Shown here: in pieces, positions 51,301 through 64,000 of the stretch
Position numbering within the stretch: position 1 is the first letter of the stretch
How the letters are laid out: each line of letters opens with the position of its first letter
NCBI GenBank assembly: GCA_964016885.1
Contig: OZ024760.1
Span: forward strand, 28,210,001-28,274,000
Source of the DNA: Eledone cirrhosa
Lineage: Eukaryota
DNA: 64,000 nt
Direction of reading: 5' to 3'
Program-made: the position numbers and the translations under genes
Notes under the pieces: generated by a model
What the model was told of the DNA's origin: nothing
What the model saw: the letters and a program-made list of their open reading frames with translations, nothing else
Database searches by the model: none

Positions 51301-54300
51301 ATCTTTACTGGTTTCAGTTATTAGACTGTGGCCATGCTGGGGTACTATCTGTACTGGTTTCAGCTATTAGACTGTGGCCATGCTGGGGTACTATCTTTAC
51401 TGGTTTCAGTTATTAGACTGTGGCCATGCTGGGGTACTATCTGTACTGGTTTCAGTTATTAGACTGTGGCCATGCTGGGGTACTATCTTTACTGGTTTCA
51501 GTTATTAGACTGTGGCCATGCTGGGGTACTATCTTCACTGGTTTCAGTTATTAGACTGTGGCCATGCTGGGGTACTATCTTTACTGGTTTGAGTTATTAG
51601 ACTGTGGCCATGCTGGGGTACTATCTTTACTGGTTTCAGTTATTAGACTGTGGCCATGCTGGGGTACTATCTTTACTGGTTTCAGTTATTAGACTGTAGC
51701 CATGCTGGGGTACTATCTTTACTGGTTTCAGTTATTAGACTGTGGCCATGCTGGGGTACTATCTTTACTGGTTTCAGTTATTAGATTGTGGCCATGCTGG
51801 GGTACTATCTTTACTGGTTTCAGTTATTAGACTGTGGCCATGCTGGGGTACTATCTTTACTGGTTTCAGTTATTAGACTGTGGCCATGCTGGGGTACTAT
51901 CTTTACTGGTTTCACTTATTAGACTGTGGCCATGCTGGGGTACTTTCTTTACTGGTTTCAGTTATTAGACTGTGGCCATGCTGGGGTACTATCTTCACTG
52001 GTTTCAGTTATTAGACTGTGGCCATGTTGGGGTACTATCTTTACTGGTTTCAGTTATTAGACTGTGGCCATGCTGGGGTACTATCTTTACTGGTTTCACT
52101 TATTAGACTGTGGCCATGCTGGGGTACTATCTTTACTGGTTTGAGTTATTAGACTGTGGCCATGCTGGGGTACTATCTTCACTGGTTTGAGTTATTAGAC
52201 TGTGGCCATGCTGGGGTACTATCTTCACTGGTTTGTGTTATTAGACTGTGGCCATGCTGGGGTACTATCTTTACTGGTTTGAGTTATTAGACTGTCGCCA
52301 TACTGGGGTACTATCTTTACTGGTTTGAGTTATTAGACTGTCGCCATACTGGGGTACTATCTTTACTGGTTTCAGTTAGTAGATTGTGGCCATGCTGGGG
52401 TACTATCTTTACTGGTTTCAGTTATTAGACTGTGGCCATGCTGGGGTACTATCTTTACTGGTTTGAGTTATTAGACTGTCGCCGTACTGGGGTACTATCT
52501 TTACTGGTTTGAGTTATTAGACTGTCGCCATACTGGGGTACTATCTTTACTGGTTTCAGTTAGTAGATTGTGGCCATGCTGGGGTACTATCTGTACTGGT
52601 TTCAGTTATTAGACTTTGGCCATGCTGGGGTACTATCTGTACTGGTTTCAGTTATTAGATTGTGGCCATGCTGGGGTACTATCTTTACTGGTTTCAGTAT
52701 ATTAGACTGTGGCCATGCTGGGGTACTATCTGTACTGGTTTCAGTTATTAGACTGTGGCCATGCTGGGGTACTATCTTTACTGGTTTCAGTTATTAGACT
52801 GTGGCCATGCTGGGGTACTATCTTTACTGGTTTCAGTTATTAGACTGTCGCCATACTGGGGTACTATCTTCACTGGTTTGAGTTATTAGACTGTGGCCAT
52901 GCTGGGGTACTATCTTTACTGGTTTCAGTTATTAGACTGTCGCCATACTGGGGTACTATCTTCACTGGTTTGAGTTATTAGACTGTGGCCATGCTGGGGT
53001 ACTATCTTTACTGGTTTCAGTTATTAGACTGTGGCCATGCTGGGGTACTATCTTCACTGGTTTCAGTTATTAGACTGTGGCCATGCTGGGGTACTATCTT
53101 TACTGGTTTCAGTTAATAGACTGTGGCCAGGCTGGGGTACTATCTTTACTGGTTTCAGTTATTAGACTGTGGCCATGCTGGGGTACTATCTTTACTGGTT
53201 TCAGTTAATAGACTGTGGCCATGCTGGGGTACTATCTTTACTGGTTTCAGTTATTAGACTGTGGCCATGCTGGGGTACTATCTTCACTGGTTTCAGTTAT
53301 TAGACTGTGGCCATGCTGGGGTACTATCTGTACTGGTTTCAGTTATTAGACTGTGGCCATGCTGGGGTACTATCTTCACTGGTTTCAGTTATTAGACTGT
53401 GGCCATGCTGGGGTACTATCGTTACTGGTTTCAGTTATTAGACTGTAGCCATGCTGGGGTACTATCTTTACTGGTTTCAGTTATTAGACTGTGGCCATGC
53501 TGGGGTACTATCTTTACTGGTTTCAGTTATTAGACTGTGGCCATGCTGGGGTACTATCTTTACTGGTTTCAGTTATTAGACTGTGGCCATGCTGGGGTAC
53601 TATCTGTACTGGTTTCAGTTATTAGACTGTGGCCATGCTGGGGTACTATCTTTACTGGTTTCAGTTATTAGACTGTGGCCATGCTGGGGTACTATCTTTA
53701 CTGGTTTCAGTTATTAGACTGTGGCCATGCTGGGGTACTATCTTCACTGGTTTCAGTTATTAGACTGTGGCCATGCTGGGGTTCTATCTTCACTGGTTTC
53801 AGTTATTAGGCTGTGGCCATGCTGGGGTACTATCTTTACTGGTTTCAGTTATTAGACTGTGGCCATGCTGGGGTACTATCTGTACTGGTTTCAGTTATTA
53901 GATTGTGGCCATGCTGGGGTACTATCTTTACTGGTTTCAGTTATTAGATTGTGGCCATGCTGGGGTACTATCTTTACTGGTTTCAGTTATTAGACTGTGG
54001 CCATGCTGGGGTACTATCTTCACTGGTTTCAGTTATTAGACTGTCGCCATGCTGGGGTACTATCTTTACTGGTTTCAGTTATTAGACTGTGGCCATGCTG
54101 GGGTACTATCATCACTGGTTTCAGTTATTAGACTGTCGCCATGCTGGGGTACTATCTTCACTGGTTTCAGTTATTAGACTGTGGCCATGCTGGGGTACTA
54201 TCTTTACTGGTTTCAGTTATTAGACTGTGGCCATGCTGGGGTACTATCTTTACTGGTTTCAGTTATTAGACTGTGGCCATGCTGGGGTACTATCTTTACT

Positions 54301-57300
54301 GGTTTCACTTATTAGACTGTGGCCATGCTGGGGTACTTTCTTTACTGGTTTCAGTTATTAGACTGTGGCCATGCTGGGGTACTATCTTCACTGGTTTCAG
54401 TTATTAGACTGTGGCCATGTTGGGGTACTATCTTTACTGGTTTCAGTTATTAGACTGTGGCCATGCTGGGGTACTATCTTTACTGGTTTCAATTATTAGA
54501 CTGTGGCCATGCTGGGGTACTATCTTTACTGGTTTGAGTTATTAGACTGTGGCCATGCTGGGGTACTATCTTCACTGGTTTCAGTTATTAGACTGTGGCC
54601 ATGCTGGGGTACTATCTTTACTGGTTTGAGTTATTAGACTGTCGCCATACTGGGGTACTATCTTTACTGGTTTCAGTTAGTAGATTGTGGCCATGCTGGG
54701 GTACTATCTGTACTGGTTTCAGTTATTAGACTTTGGCCATGCTGGGGTACTATCTGTACTGGTTTCAGTTATTAGATTGTGGCCATGCTGGGGTACTATC
54801 TTTACTGGTTTCAGTATATTAGACTGTGGCCATGCTGGGGTACTATCTGTACTGGTTTCAGTTATTAGACTGTGGCCATGCTGGGGTACTATCTTTACTG
54901 GTTTCAGTTATTAGACTGTGGCCATGCTGGGGTACTATCTGTACTGGTTTCAGTTATTAGACTGTGGCCATGCTGGGGTACTATCTTTACTGGTTTCAGT
55001 TATTAGACTGTGGCCATGCTGGGGTACTATCTGTACTGGTTTCAGTTATTAGACTGTGGCCATGCTGGGGTACTATCTTTACTGGTTTCAGTTATTAGAC
55101 TGTGGCCATGCTGGGGTACTATCTGTACTGGTTTCAGTTATTAGACTGTGGCCATGCTGGGGTACTATCTTTACTGGTTTCAGTTATTAGACTGTGGCCA
55201 TGCTGGGGTACTATCTTTACTGGTTTCACTTATTAGACTGTGGCCATGCTGGGGTACTATCTTTACTGGTTTGAGTTATTAGACTGTGGCCATGCTGGGT
55301 TACTATCTTCACTGGTTTGAGTTATTAGACTGTGGCCATGCTGGGGTACTATCTTCACTGGTTTCAGTTATTAGACTGTGGCCATGCTGGGGTACTATCT
55401 TTACTGGTTTGAGTTATTAGACTGTCGCCATACTGGGGTACTATCTTTACTGGTTTCAGTTAGTAGATTGTGGCCATGCTGGGGTACTATCTTTACTGGT
55501 TTCAGTTATTAGACTGTGGCCATGCTGGGGTACTATCTTTACTGGTTTCAGTTATTAGACTGTCGCCATACTGGGGTACTATCTTCACTGGTTTGAGTTA
55601 TTAGACTGTGGCCATGCTGGGGTACTATCTTTACTGGTTTCAGTTATTAGACTGTCGCCATACTGGGGTACTATCTTCACTGGTTTCAGTTATTAGACTG
55701 TAGCCATGCTGGGGTACTATCTTTACTGGTTTCAGTTATTAGACTGTCGCCATACTGGGGTACTATCTTCACTGGTTTCAGTTATTAGACTGTCGCCATG
55801 CTGGGGTACTATCTTTACTGGTTTCAGTTATTAGACTGTGGCCATGCTGGGGTACTATCTTTACTGGTTTCAGTTATTAGACTGTGGCCATGCTGGGGTA
55901 CTATCTTTACTGGTTTCAGTTATTAGACTGTGGCCATGCTGGGGTACTATCTTCACTGGTTTCAGTTATTAGACTGTAGCCATGCTGGGGTACTTTCTTT
56001 ACTGGTTTCAGTTATTAGACTGTGGCCATGCTGGGGTACTATCTTTACTGGTTTCAGTTATTAGACTGTGGCCATGCTGGGGTACTATCTTCACTGGTTT
56101 CAGTTATTAGACTGTAGCCATCCTGGGGTACTTTCTTTACTGGTTTCAGTTATTAGACTGTGGCCATGCTGGGGTACTATCTTTACTGGTTTCAGTTATT
56201 AGACTGTCGCCATACTGGGGTACTATCTTCACTGGTTTGAGTTATTAGACTGTGGCCATGCTGGGGTACTATCTTTACTGGTTTCAGTTATTAGACTGTG
56301 GCCATGCTGGGGTACTATCTTTACTGGTTTCACTTATTAGACTGTGGCCATGCTGGGGTACTATCTTTACTGGTTTCAGTTATTAGACTGTGGCCATGCT
56401 GGGGTACTATCTTTACTGGTTTCAGTTATTAGACTGTGGCCATGCTGGGGTACTATCTTTACTGGTTTCACTTATTAGACTGTGGCCATGCTGGGGTACT
56501 TTCTTTACTGGTTTCAGTTATTAGACTGTGGCCATGCTGGGGTACTATCTTCACTGGTTTCAGTTATTAGACTGTGGCCATGTTGGGGTACTATCTTTAC
56601 TGGTTTCAGTTATTAGACTGTGGCCATGCTGGGGTACTATCTTTACTGGTTTCACTTATTAGACTGTGGCCATGCTGGGGTACTATCTTTACTGGTTTGA
56701 GTTATTAGACTGTGGCCATGCTGGGGTACTATCTTCACTGGTTTGAGTTATTAGACTGTGGCCATGCTGGGGTACTATCTTCACTGGTTTCAGTTATTAG
56801 GCTGTGGCCATGCTGGGGTACTATCTTTACTGGTTTCAGTTATTAGACTGTGGCCATGCTGGGGTACTATCTGTACTGGTTTCAGTTATTAGATTGTGGC
56901 CATGCTGGGGTACTATCTTTACTGGTTTCAGTTATTAGATTGTGGCCATGCTGGGGTACTATCTTTACTGGTTTCAGTTATTAGACTGTGGCCATGCTGG
57001 GGTACTATCTTCACTGGTTTCAGTTATTAGACTGTCGCCATGCTGGGGTACTATCTTTACTGGTTTCAGTTATTAGACTGTGGCCATGCTGGGGTACTAT
57101 CATCACTGGTTTCAGTTATTAGACTGTCGCCATGCTGGGGTACTATCTTCACTGGTTTCAGTTATTAGACTGTGGCCATGCTGGGGTACTATCTTTACTG
57201 GTTTCAGTTATTAGACTGTGGCCATGCTGGGGTACTATCTTTACTGGTTTCAGTTATTAGACTGTGGCCATGCTGGGGTACTATCTTTACTGGTTTGAGT

Positions 57301-60300
57301 TATTAGACTGTGGCCATGCTGGGGTACTATCTTCACTGGTTTGAGTTATTAGACTCTGGCCATGCTGGGGTACTATCTTCACTGGTTTCAGTTATTAGGC
57401 TGTGGCCATGCTGGGGTACTATCTTTACTGGTTTCAGTTATTAGACTGTGGCCATGCTGGGGTACTATCTGTACTGGTTTCAGTTATTAGATTGTGGCCA
57501 TGCTGGGGTACTATCTTTACTGGTTTCAGTTATTAGATTGTGGCCATGCTGGGGTACTATCTTTACTGGTTTCAGTTATTAGACTGTGGCCATGCTGGGG
57601 TACTATCTTCACTGGTTTCAGTTATTAGACTGTCGCCATGCTAGGGTACTATCTTTACTGGTTTCAGTTATTAGACTGTGGCCATGCTGGGATACTATCA
57701 TCACTGGTTTCAGTTATTAGACTGTCGCCATGCTGGGGTACTATCTTCACTGGTTTCAGTTATTAGACTGTGGCCATGCTGGGGTACTATCTTCACTGGT
57801 TTCAGTTATTAGACTGTGGCCATGCTGGGATACTATCATCACTGGTTTCAGTTATTAGACTGTCGCCATGCTGGGGTACTATCTTTACTGGTTTCAGTTA
57901 TTAGACTGTGGCCATGCTGGGATACTATCATCACTGGTTTCAGTTATTAGACTGTCGCCATGCTGGGGTACTATCTTCACTGGTTTCAGTTATTAGACTG
58001 TGGCCATGCTGGGGTACTATCTTTACTGGTTTCAGTTATTAGACTGTGGCCATGCTGGGATACTATCATCACTGGTTTCAGTTATTAGACTGTCGCCATG
58101 CTGGGGTACTATCTTCACTGGTTTCAGTTATTAGACTGTGGCCATGCTGGGGTACTATCTTCACTGGTTTCAGTTATTAGACTGTGGCCATGCTGGGATA
58201 CTATCATCACTGGTTTCAGTTATTAGACTGTCGCCATGCTGGGGTACTATCTTTACTGGTTTCAGTTATTAGACTGTGGCCATGCTGGGATACTATCATC
58301 ACTGGTTTCAGTTATTAGACTGTCGCCATGCTGGGGTACTATCTTCACTGGTTTCAGTTATTAGACTGTGGCCATGCTGGGGTACTATCTTTACTGGTTT
58401 CAGTTATTAGACTGTGGCCATGCTGGGGTACTATCTTTACTGGTTTCAGTTATTAGACTGTGGCCATGCTGGGGTACTATCTTTACTGGTTTCACTTATT
58501 AGACTGTGGCCATGCTGGGGTACTTTCTTTACTGGTTTCAGTTATTAGACTGTGGCCATGCTGGGGTACTATCTTCACTGGTTTCAGTTATTAGACTGTG
58601 GCCATGTTGGGGTACTATCTTTACTGGTTTCAGTTATTAGACTGTGGCCATGCTGGGGTACTATCTTTACTGGTTTCAATTATTAGACTGTGGCCATGCT
58701 GGGGTACTATCTTTACTGGTTTGAGTTATTAGACTGTGGCCATGCTGGGGTACTATCTTCACTGGTTTCAGTTATTAGACTGTGGCCATGCTGGGGTACT
58801 ATCTTTACTGGTTTGAGTTATTAGACTGTCGCCATACTGGGGTACTATCTTTACTGGTTTCAGTTAGTAGATTGTGGCCATGCTGGGGTACTATCTGTAC
58901 TGGTTTCAGTTATTAGACTTTGGCCATGCTGGGGTACTATCTGTACTGGTTTCAGTTATTAGATTGTGGCCATGCTGGGGTACTATCTTTACTGGTTTCA
59001 GTATATTAGACTGTGGCCATGCTGGGGTACTATCTGTACTGGTTTCAGTTATTAGACTGTGGCCATGCTGGGGTACTATCTTTACTGGTTTCAGTTATTA
59101 GACTGTGGCCATGCTGGGGTACTATCTGTACTGGTTTCAGTTATTAGACTGTGGCCATGCTGGGGTACTATCTTTACTGGTTTCAGTTATTAGACTGTGG
59201 CCATGCTGGGGTACTATCTGTACTGGTTTCAGTTATTAGACTGTGGCCATGCTGGGGTACTATCTTTACTGGTTTCAGTTATTAGACTGTGGCCATGCTG
59301 GGGTACTATCTTTACTGGTTTCAGTTATTAGACTGTGGCCATGCTGGGGTACTATCTTTACTGGTTTCAGTTATTAGACTGTGGCCATGCTGGGGTACTA
59401 TCTTTACTGGTTTCACTTATTAGACTGTGGCCATGCTGGGGTACTATCTTTACTGGTTTGAGTTATTAGACTGTGGCCATGCTGGGTTACTATCTTCACT
59501 GGTTTGAGTTATTAGACTGTGGCCATGCTGGGGTACTATCTTCACTGGTTTCAGTTATTAGACTGTGGCCATGCTGGGGTACTATCTTTACTGGTTTGAG
59601 TTATTAGACTGTCGCCATACTGGGGTACTATCTTTACTGGTTTCAGTTAGTAGATTGTGGCCATGCTGGGGTACTATCTTTACTGGTTTCAGTTATTAGA
59701 CTGTGGCCATGCTGGGGTACTATCTTTACTGGTTTCAGTTATTAGACTGTCGCCATACTGGGGTACTATCTTCACTGGTTTGAGTTATTAGACTGTGGCC
59801 ATGCTGGGGTACTATCTTTACTGGTTTCAGTTATTAGACTGTCGCCATACTGGGGTACTATCTTCACTGGTTTCAGTTATTAGACTGTAGCCATGCTGGG
59901 GTACTATCTTTACTGGTTTCAGTTATTAGACTGTCGCCATACTGGGGTACTATCTTCACTGGTTTCAGTTATTAGACTGTCGCCATGCTGGGGTACTATC
60001 TTTACTGGTTTCAGTTATTAGACTGTGGCCATGCTGGGGTACTATCTTTACTGGTTTCAGTTATTAGACTGTGGCCATGCTGGGGTACTATCTTTACTGG
60101 TTTCAGTTATTAGACTGTGGCCATGCTGGGGTACTATCTTCACTGGTTTCAGTTATTAGACTGTAGCCATGCTGGGGTACTTTCTTTACTGGTTTCAGTT
60201 ATTAGACTGTGGCCATGCTGGGGTACTATCTTTACTGGTTTCAGTTATTAGACTGTGGCCATGCTGGGGTACTATCTTCACTGGTTTCAGTTATTAGACT

Positions 60301-63300
60301 GTAGCCATCCTGGGGTACTTTCTTTACTGGTTTCAGTTATTAGACTGTGGCCATGCTGGGGTACTATCTTTACTGGTTTCAGTTATTAGACTGTCGCCAT
60401 ACTGGGGTACTATCTTCACTGGTTTGAGTTATTAGACTGTGGCCATGCTGGGGTACTATCTTTACTGGTTTCAGTTATTAGACTGTGGCCATGCTGGGGT
60501 ACTATCTTTACTGGTTTCACTTATTAGACTGTGGCCATGCTGGGGTACTATCTTTACTGGTTTCAGTTATTAGACTGTGGCCATGCTGGGGTACTATCTT
60601 TACTGGTTTCAGTTATTAGACTGTGGCCATGCTGGGGTACTATCTTTACTGGTTTCACTTATTAGACTGTGGCCATGCTGGGGTACTTTCTTTACTGGTT
60701 TCAGTTATTAGACTGTGGCCATGCTGGGGTACTATCTTCACTGGTTTCAGTTATTAGACTGTGGCCATGTTGGGGTACTATCTTTACTGGTTTCAGTTAT
60801 TAGACTGTGGCCATGCTGGGGTACTATCTTTACTGGTTTCACTTATTAGACTGTGGCCATGCTGGGGTACTATCTTTACTGGTTTGAGTTATTAGACTGT
60901 GGCCATGCTGGGGTACTATCTTCACTGGTTTGAGTTATTAGACTGTGGCCATGCTGGGGTACTATCTTCACTGGTTTCAGTTATTAGACTGTGGCCATGC
61001 TGGGGTACTATCTTTACTGGTTTGAGTTATTAGACTGTCGCCATACTGGGGTACTATCTTTACTGGTTTGAGTTATTAGACTGTCGCCATACTGGGGTAC
61101 TATCTTTACTGGTTTCAGTTAGTAGATTGTGGCCATGCTGGGGTACTATCTTTACTGGTTTCAGTTATTAGACTGTGGCCATGCTGGGGTACTATCTTTA
61201 CTGGTTTCTGTTATTAGACTGTCGCCGTACTGGGGTACTATCTCTACTGGTTTGAGTTATTAGACTGTCGCCATACTGGGGTACTATCTTTACTGGTTTC
61301 AGTTAGTAGATTGTGGCCATGCTGGGGTACTATCTGTACTGGTTTCAGTTATTAGACTGTGTCCATGCTGGGGTACTATCTGTACTGGTTTCAGTTATTA
61401 GACTTTGGCCATGCTGGGGTACTATCTGTACTGGTTTCAGTTATTAGATTGTGGCCATGCTGGCGTACTATCTGTACTGGTTTCAGTTATTAGACTGTGG
61501 CCATGCTGGGGTACTATCTGTACTGGTTTCAGTTATTAGACTTTGGCCATGCTGGGGTACTATCTGTACTGGTTTCAGTTATTAGACTTTGGCCATGCTG
61601 GGGTACTATCTTTACTGGTTTCAGTTAGTAGATTGTGGCCATACTGGGGTACTATCTTTACTGGTTTCAGTTATTAGACTGTGGCCATGCTGGGGTACTA
61701 TCTGTACTGGTTTCAGTTATTAGACTTTGGCCATGCTGGGGTACTATCTGTACTGGTTTCAGTTATTAGATTGTGGCCATGCTGGGGTACTATCTTTACT
61801 GGTTTCAGTATATTAGACTGTGGCCATGCTGGGGTACTATCTGTACTGGTTTCAGTTATTAGACTGTGGCCATGCTGGGGTACTATCTTTACTGGTTTCA
61901 GTTATTAGACTGTGGCCATGCTGGGGTACTATCTGTACTGGTTTCAGTTATTAGACTGTGGCCATGCTGGGGTACTATCTTTACTGGTTTCAGTTATTAG
62001 ACTGTGGCCATGCTGGGGTACTATCTGTACTGGTTTCAGTTATTAGACTGTGGCCATGCTGGGGTACTATCTTTACTGGTTTCAGTTATTAGACTGTGGC
62101 CATGCTGGGGTACTATCTTCACTGGTTTCAGTTATTAGACTGTGGCCATGCTGGGGTACTATCTTTACTGGTTTCAGTTATTAGACTGTGGCCATGCTGG
62201 GGTACTATCTTTACTGGTTTCAGTTATTAGACTGTGGCCATGCTGGGGTACTATCTTTACTGGTTTCAGTTATTAGACTGTAGCCATGCTGGGGTACTAT
62301 CTTTACTGGTTTCAGTTATTAGACTGTGGCCATGCTGGGGTACTATCTTTACTGGTTTCAGTCATTAGATTGTGGCCATGCTGGGGTACTATCTTTACTG
62401 GTTTCAGTTATTAGACTGTAGCCATGCTGGGGTACTATCTTTACTGGTTTCAGTTATTAGATTGTGGCCATGCTGGGGTACTATCTTTACTGGTTTCAGT
62501 TATTAGACTGTAGCCATGCTGGGGTACTATCTTTACTGGTTTCAGTTATTAGACTGTGGCCATGCTGGGGTACTATCTTTACTGGTTTCAGTTATTAGAC
62601 TGTGGCCATGCTGGGGTACTATCTTTACTGGTTTCAGTTATTAGACTGTGGCCATGCTGGGGTACTATCTTTACTGGTTTCAGTTATTAGACTGTGGCCA
62701 TGCTGGGGTACTATCTTTAATGGTTTCAGTTATTAGACTGTAGCCATGCTGGGGTACTCTCTTTACTGGTTTGAGTTATTAGACTGTGGCCATGCTGGGG
62801 TACTATCTTTACTGGTTTCAGTTATTAGACTGTGGCCATGCTGGGGTACTATATTTACTGGTTTCAGTTATTAGACTGTGGCCATGCTGGGGTACTATCT
62901 TTACTGGTTTCAGTTATTAGACTGTGGCCATGCTGGGGTACTATCTTTACTGGTTTCAGTTATTAGACTGTGGCCATGCTGGGGTACTATCTTTACTGGT
63001 TTCAGTTATTAGATTGTGGCCATGCTGGGGTACTATCTTTACTGGTTTCAGTTATTAGACTGTAGCCATGCTGGGGTACTATCTTCACTGGTTTCAGTTA
63101 TTAGACTGTGGCCATGCTGGGGTACTATCTTTACTGGTTTCAGTTATTAGGCTGTGGCCATGCTGGGGTACTATCTTTACTGGTTTCAGTTATTAGACTG
63201 TGGCCATGCTGGGGTACTATCTTTACTGGTTTCAGTTATTAGATTGTGGCCATGCTGGGGTACTATCTTTACTGGTTTCAGTTATTAGACTGTGGCCATG

Positions 63301-64000
63301 CTGGGGTACTATCTTTACTGGTTTCAGTTATTAGATTGTGGCCATGCTGGTGTACTATCGTTACTGGTTTCAGTTATTAGACTGTGGCCATGCTGGGGTA
63401 CTATCTTTACTGGTTTCAGTTATTAGATTGTGGCCATGCTGGGGTACTATCTTTACTGGTTTCAGTTATTAGACTGTGGCCATGCTGGGGTACTATCTTT
63501 ACTGGTTTCAGTTATTAGACTGTGGCCATGCTGGGGTACTATCTTTACTGGTTTCAGTTATTAGACTGTGGCCATGCTGGGGTACTATCTTTACTGGTTT
63601 CAGTTATTAGATTGTGGCCATGCTGGGGTACTATCGTTACTGGTTTCAGTTATTAGACTGTGGCCATGCTGGGGTACTATCTTTACTGGTTTCAGTTATT
63701 AGATTGTGGCCATGCTGGGGTACTATCTTTACTGGTTTCAGTTATTAGACTGTGGCCATGCTGGGGTACTATCTTCACTGGTTTCAGTTATTTTACTGTG
63801 GCCATGCTGGGGTACTATCTTTACTGGTTTCAGTTATTAGACTCTGGCCATGCTGGGGTACTATCTTTACAGGTTTCAGTTATTAGACTGTGGCCATGCT
63901 GGGGTACTATGTTTACTGGTTTCAGTTATTAGACTGTGGCCATGCTGGGGTACTATCTTCACTGGTTTCAGTTATTAGACTGTGGCCATGCTGGGGTACT
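48381..64000. repeat. 46-bp satellite array, at least 339 monomers, runs off the window
   Basis: Consensus ctgtggccatgctggggtactatctttactggtttcagttattaga. Confidence 0.98.

Noticed and set aside
25245-64000. CRISPR-like array (constant part alternating with a variable part)
   Set aside because: The variable positions are a few recurrent SNP alleles, not unique spacers. There are no cas genes and the context is eukaryotic.

Overview
Eukaryotic, repeat-saturated animal DNA with no complete gene. The SINE and LINE motifs resemble cephalopod (Octopus-like) repeats; this assignment is from recall and was not searched. The first 25.2 kb is a microsatellite matrix ((TA)n, (CA)n, (GA)n, (ATT)n, (GAT)n). 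It carries decayed RTE-type LINE fragments, tRNA-derived SINEs, a 200-N gap and a possible small exon. It also carries at least five families of short non-coding fold-back insertions that sit in (TA)n tracts and contain type I hammerhead-ribozyme motifs (CUGANGA-stem II-GAAA-stem III-NUH), the signature of Penelope-like element termini or retrozymes. In several copies the fold-back axis lies inside hammerhead stem II. From 25.2 to 47.7 kb is a 48-bp satellite with a 3265-bp (68-mer) higher-order repeat. From 48.4 to 64 kb is a related 46-bp satellite. The two arrays are separated only by a SINE and an Ingi/Vingi-like LINE 3' end, both inserted into degenerate monomers. The long ORFs in the arrays are artefacts of the repeat.
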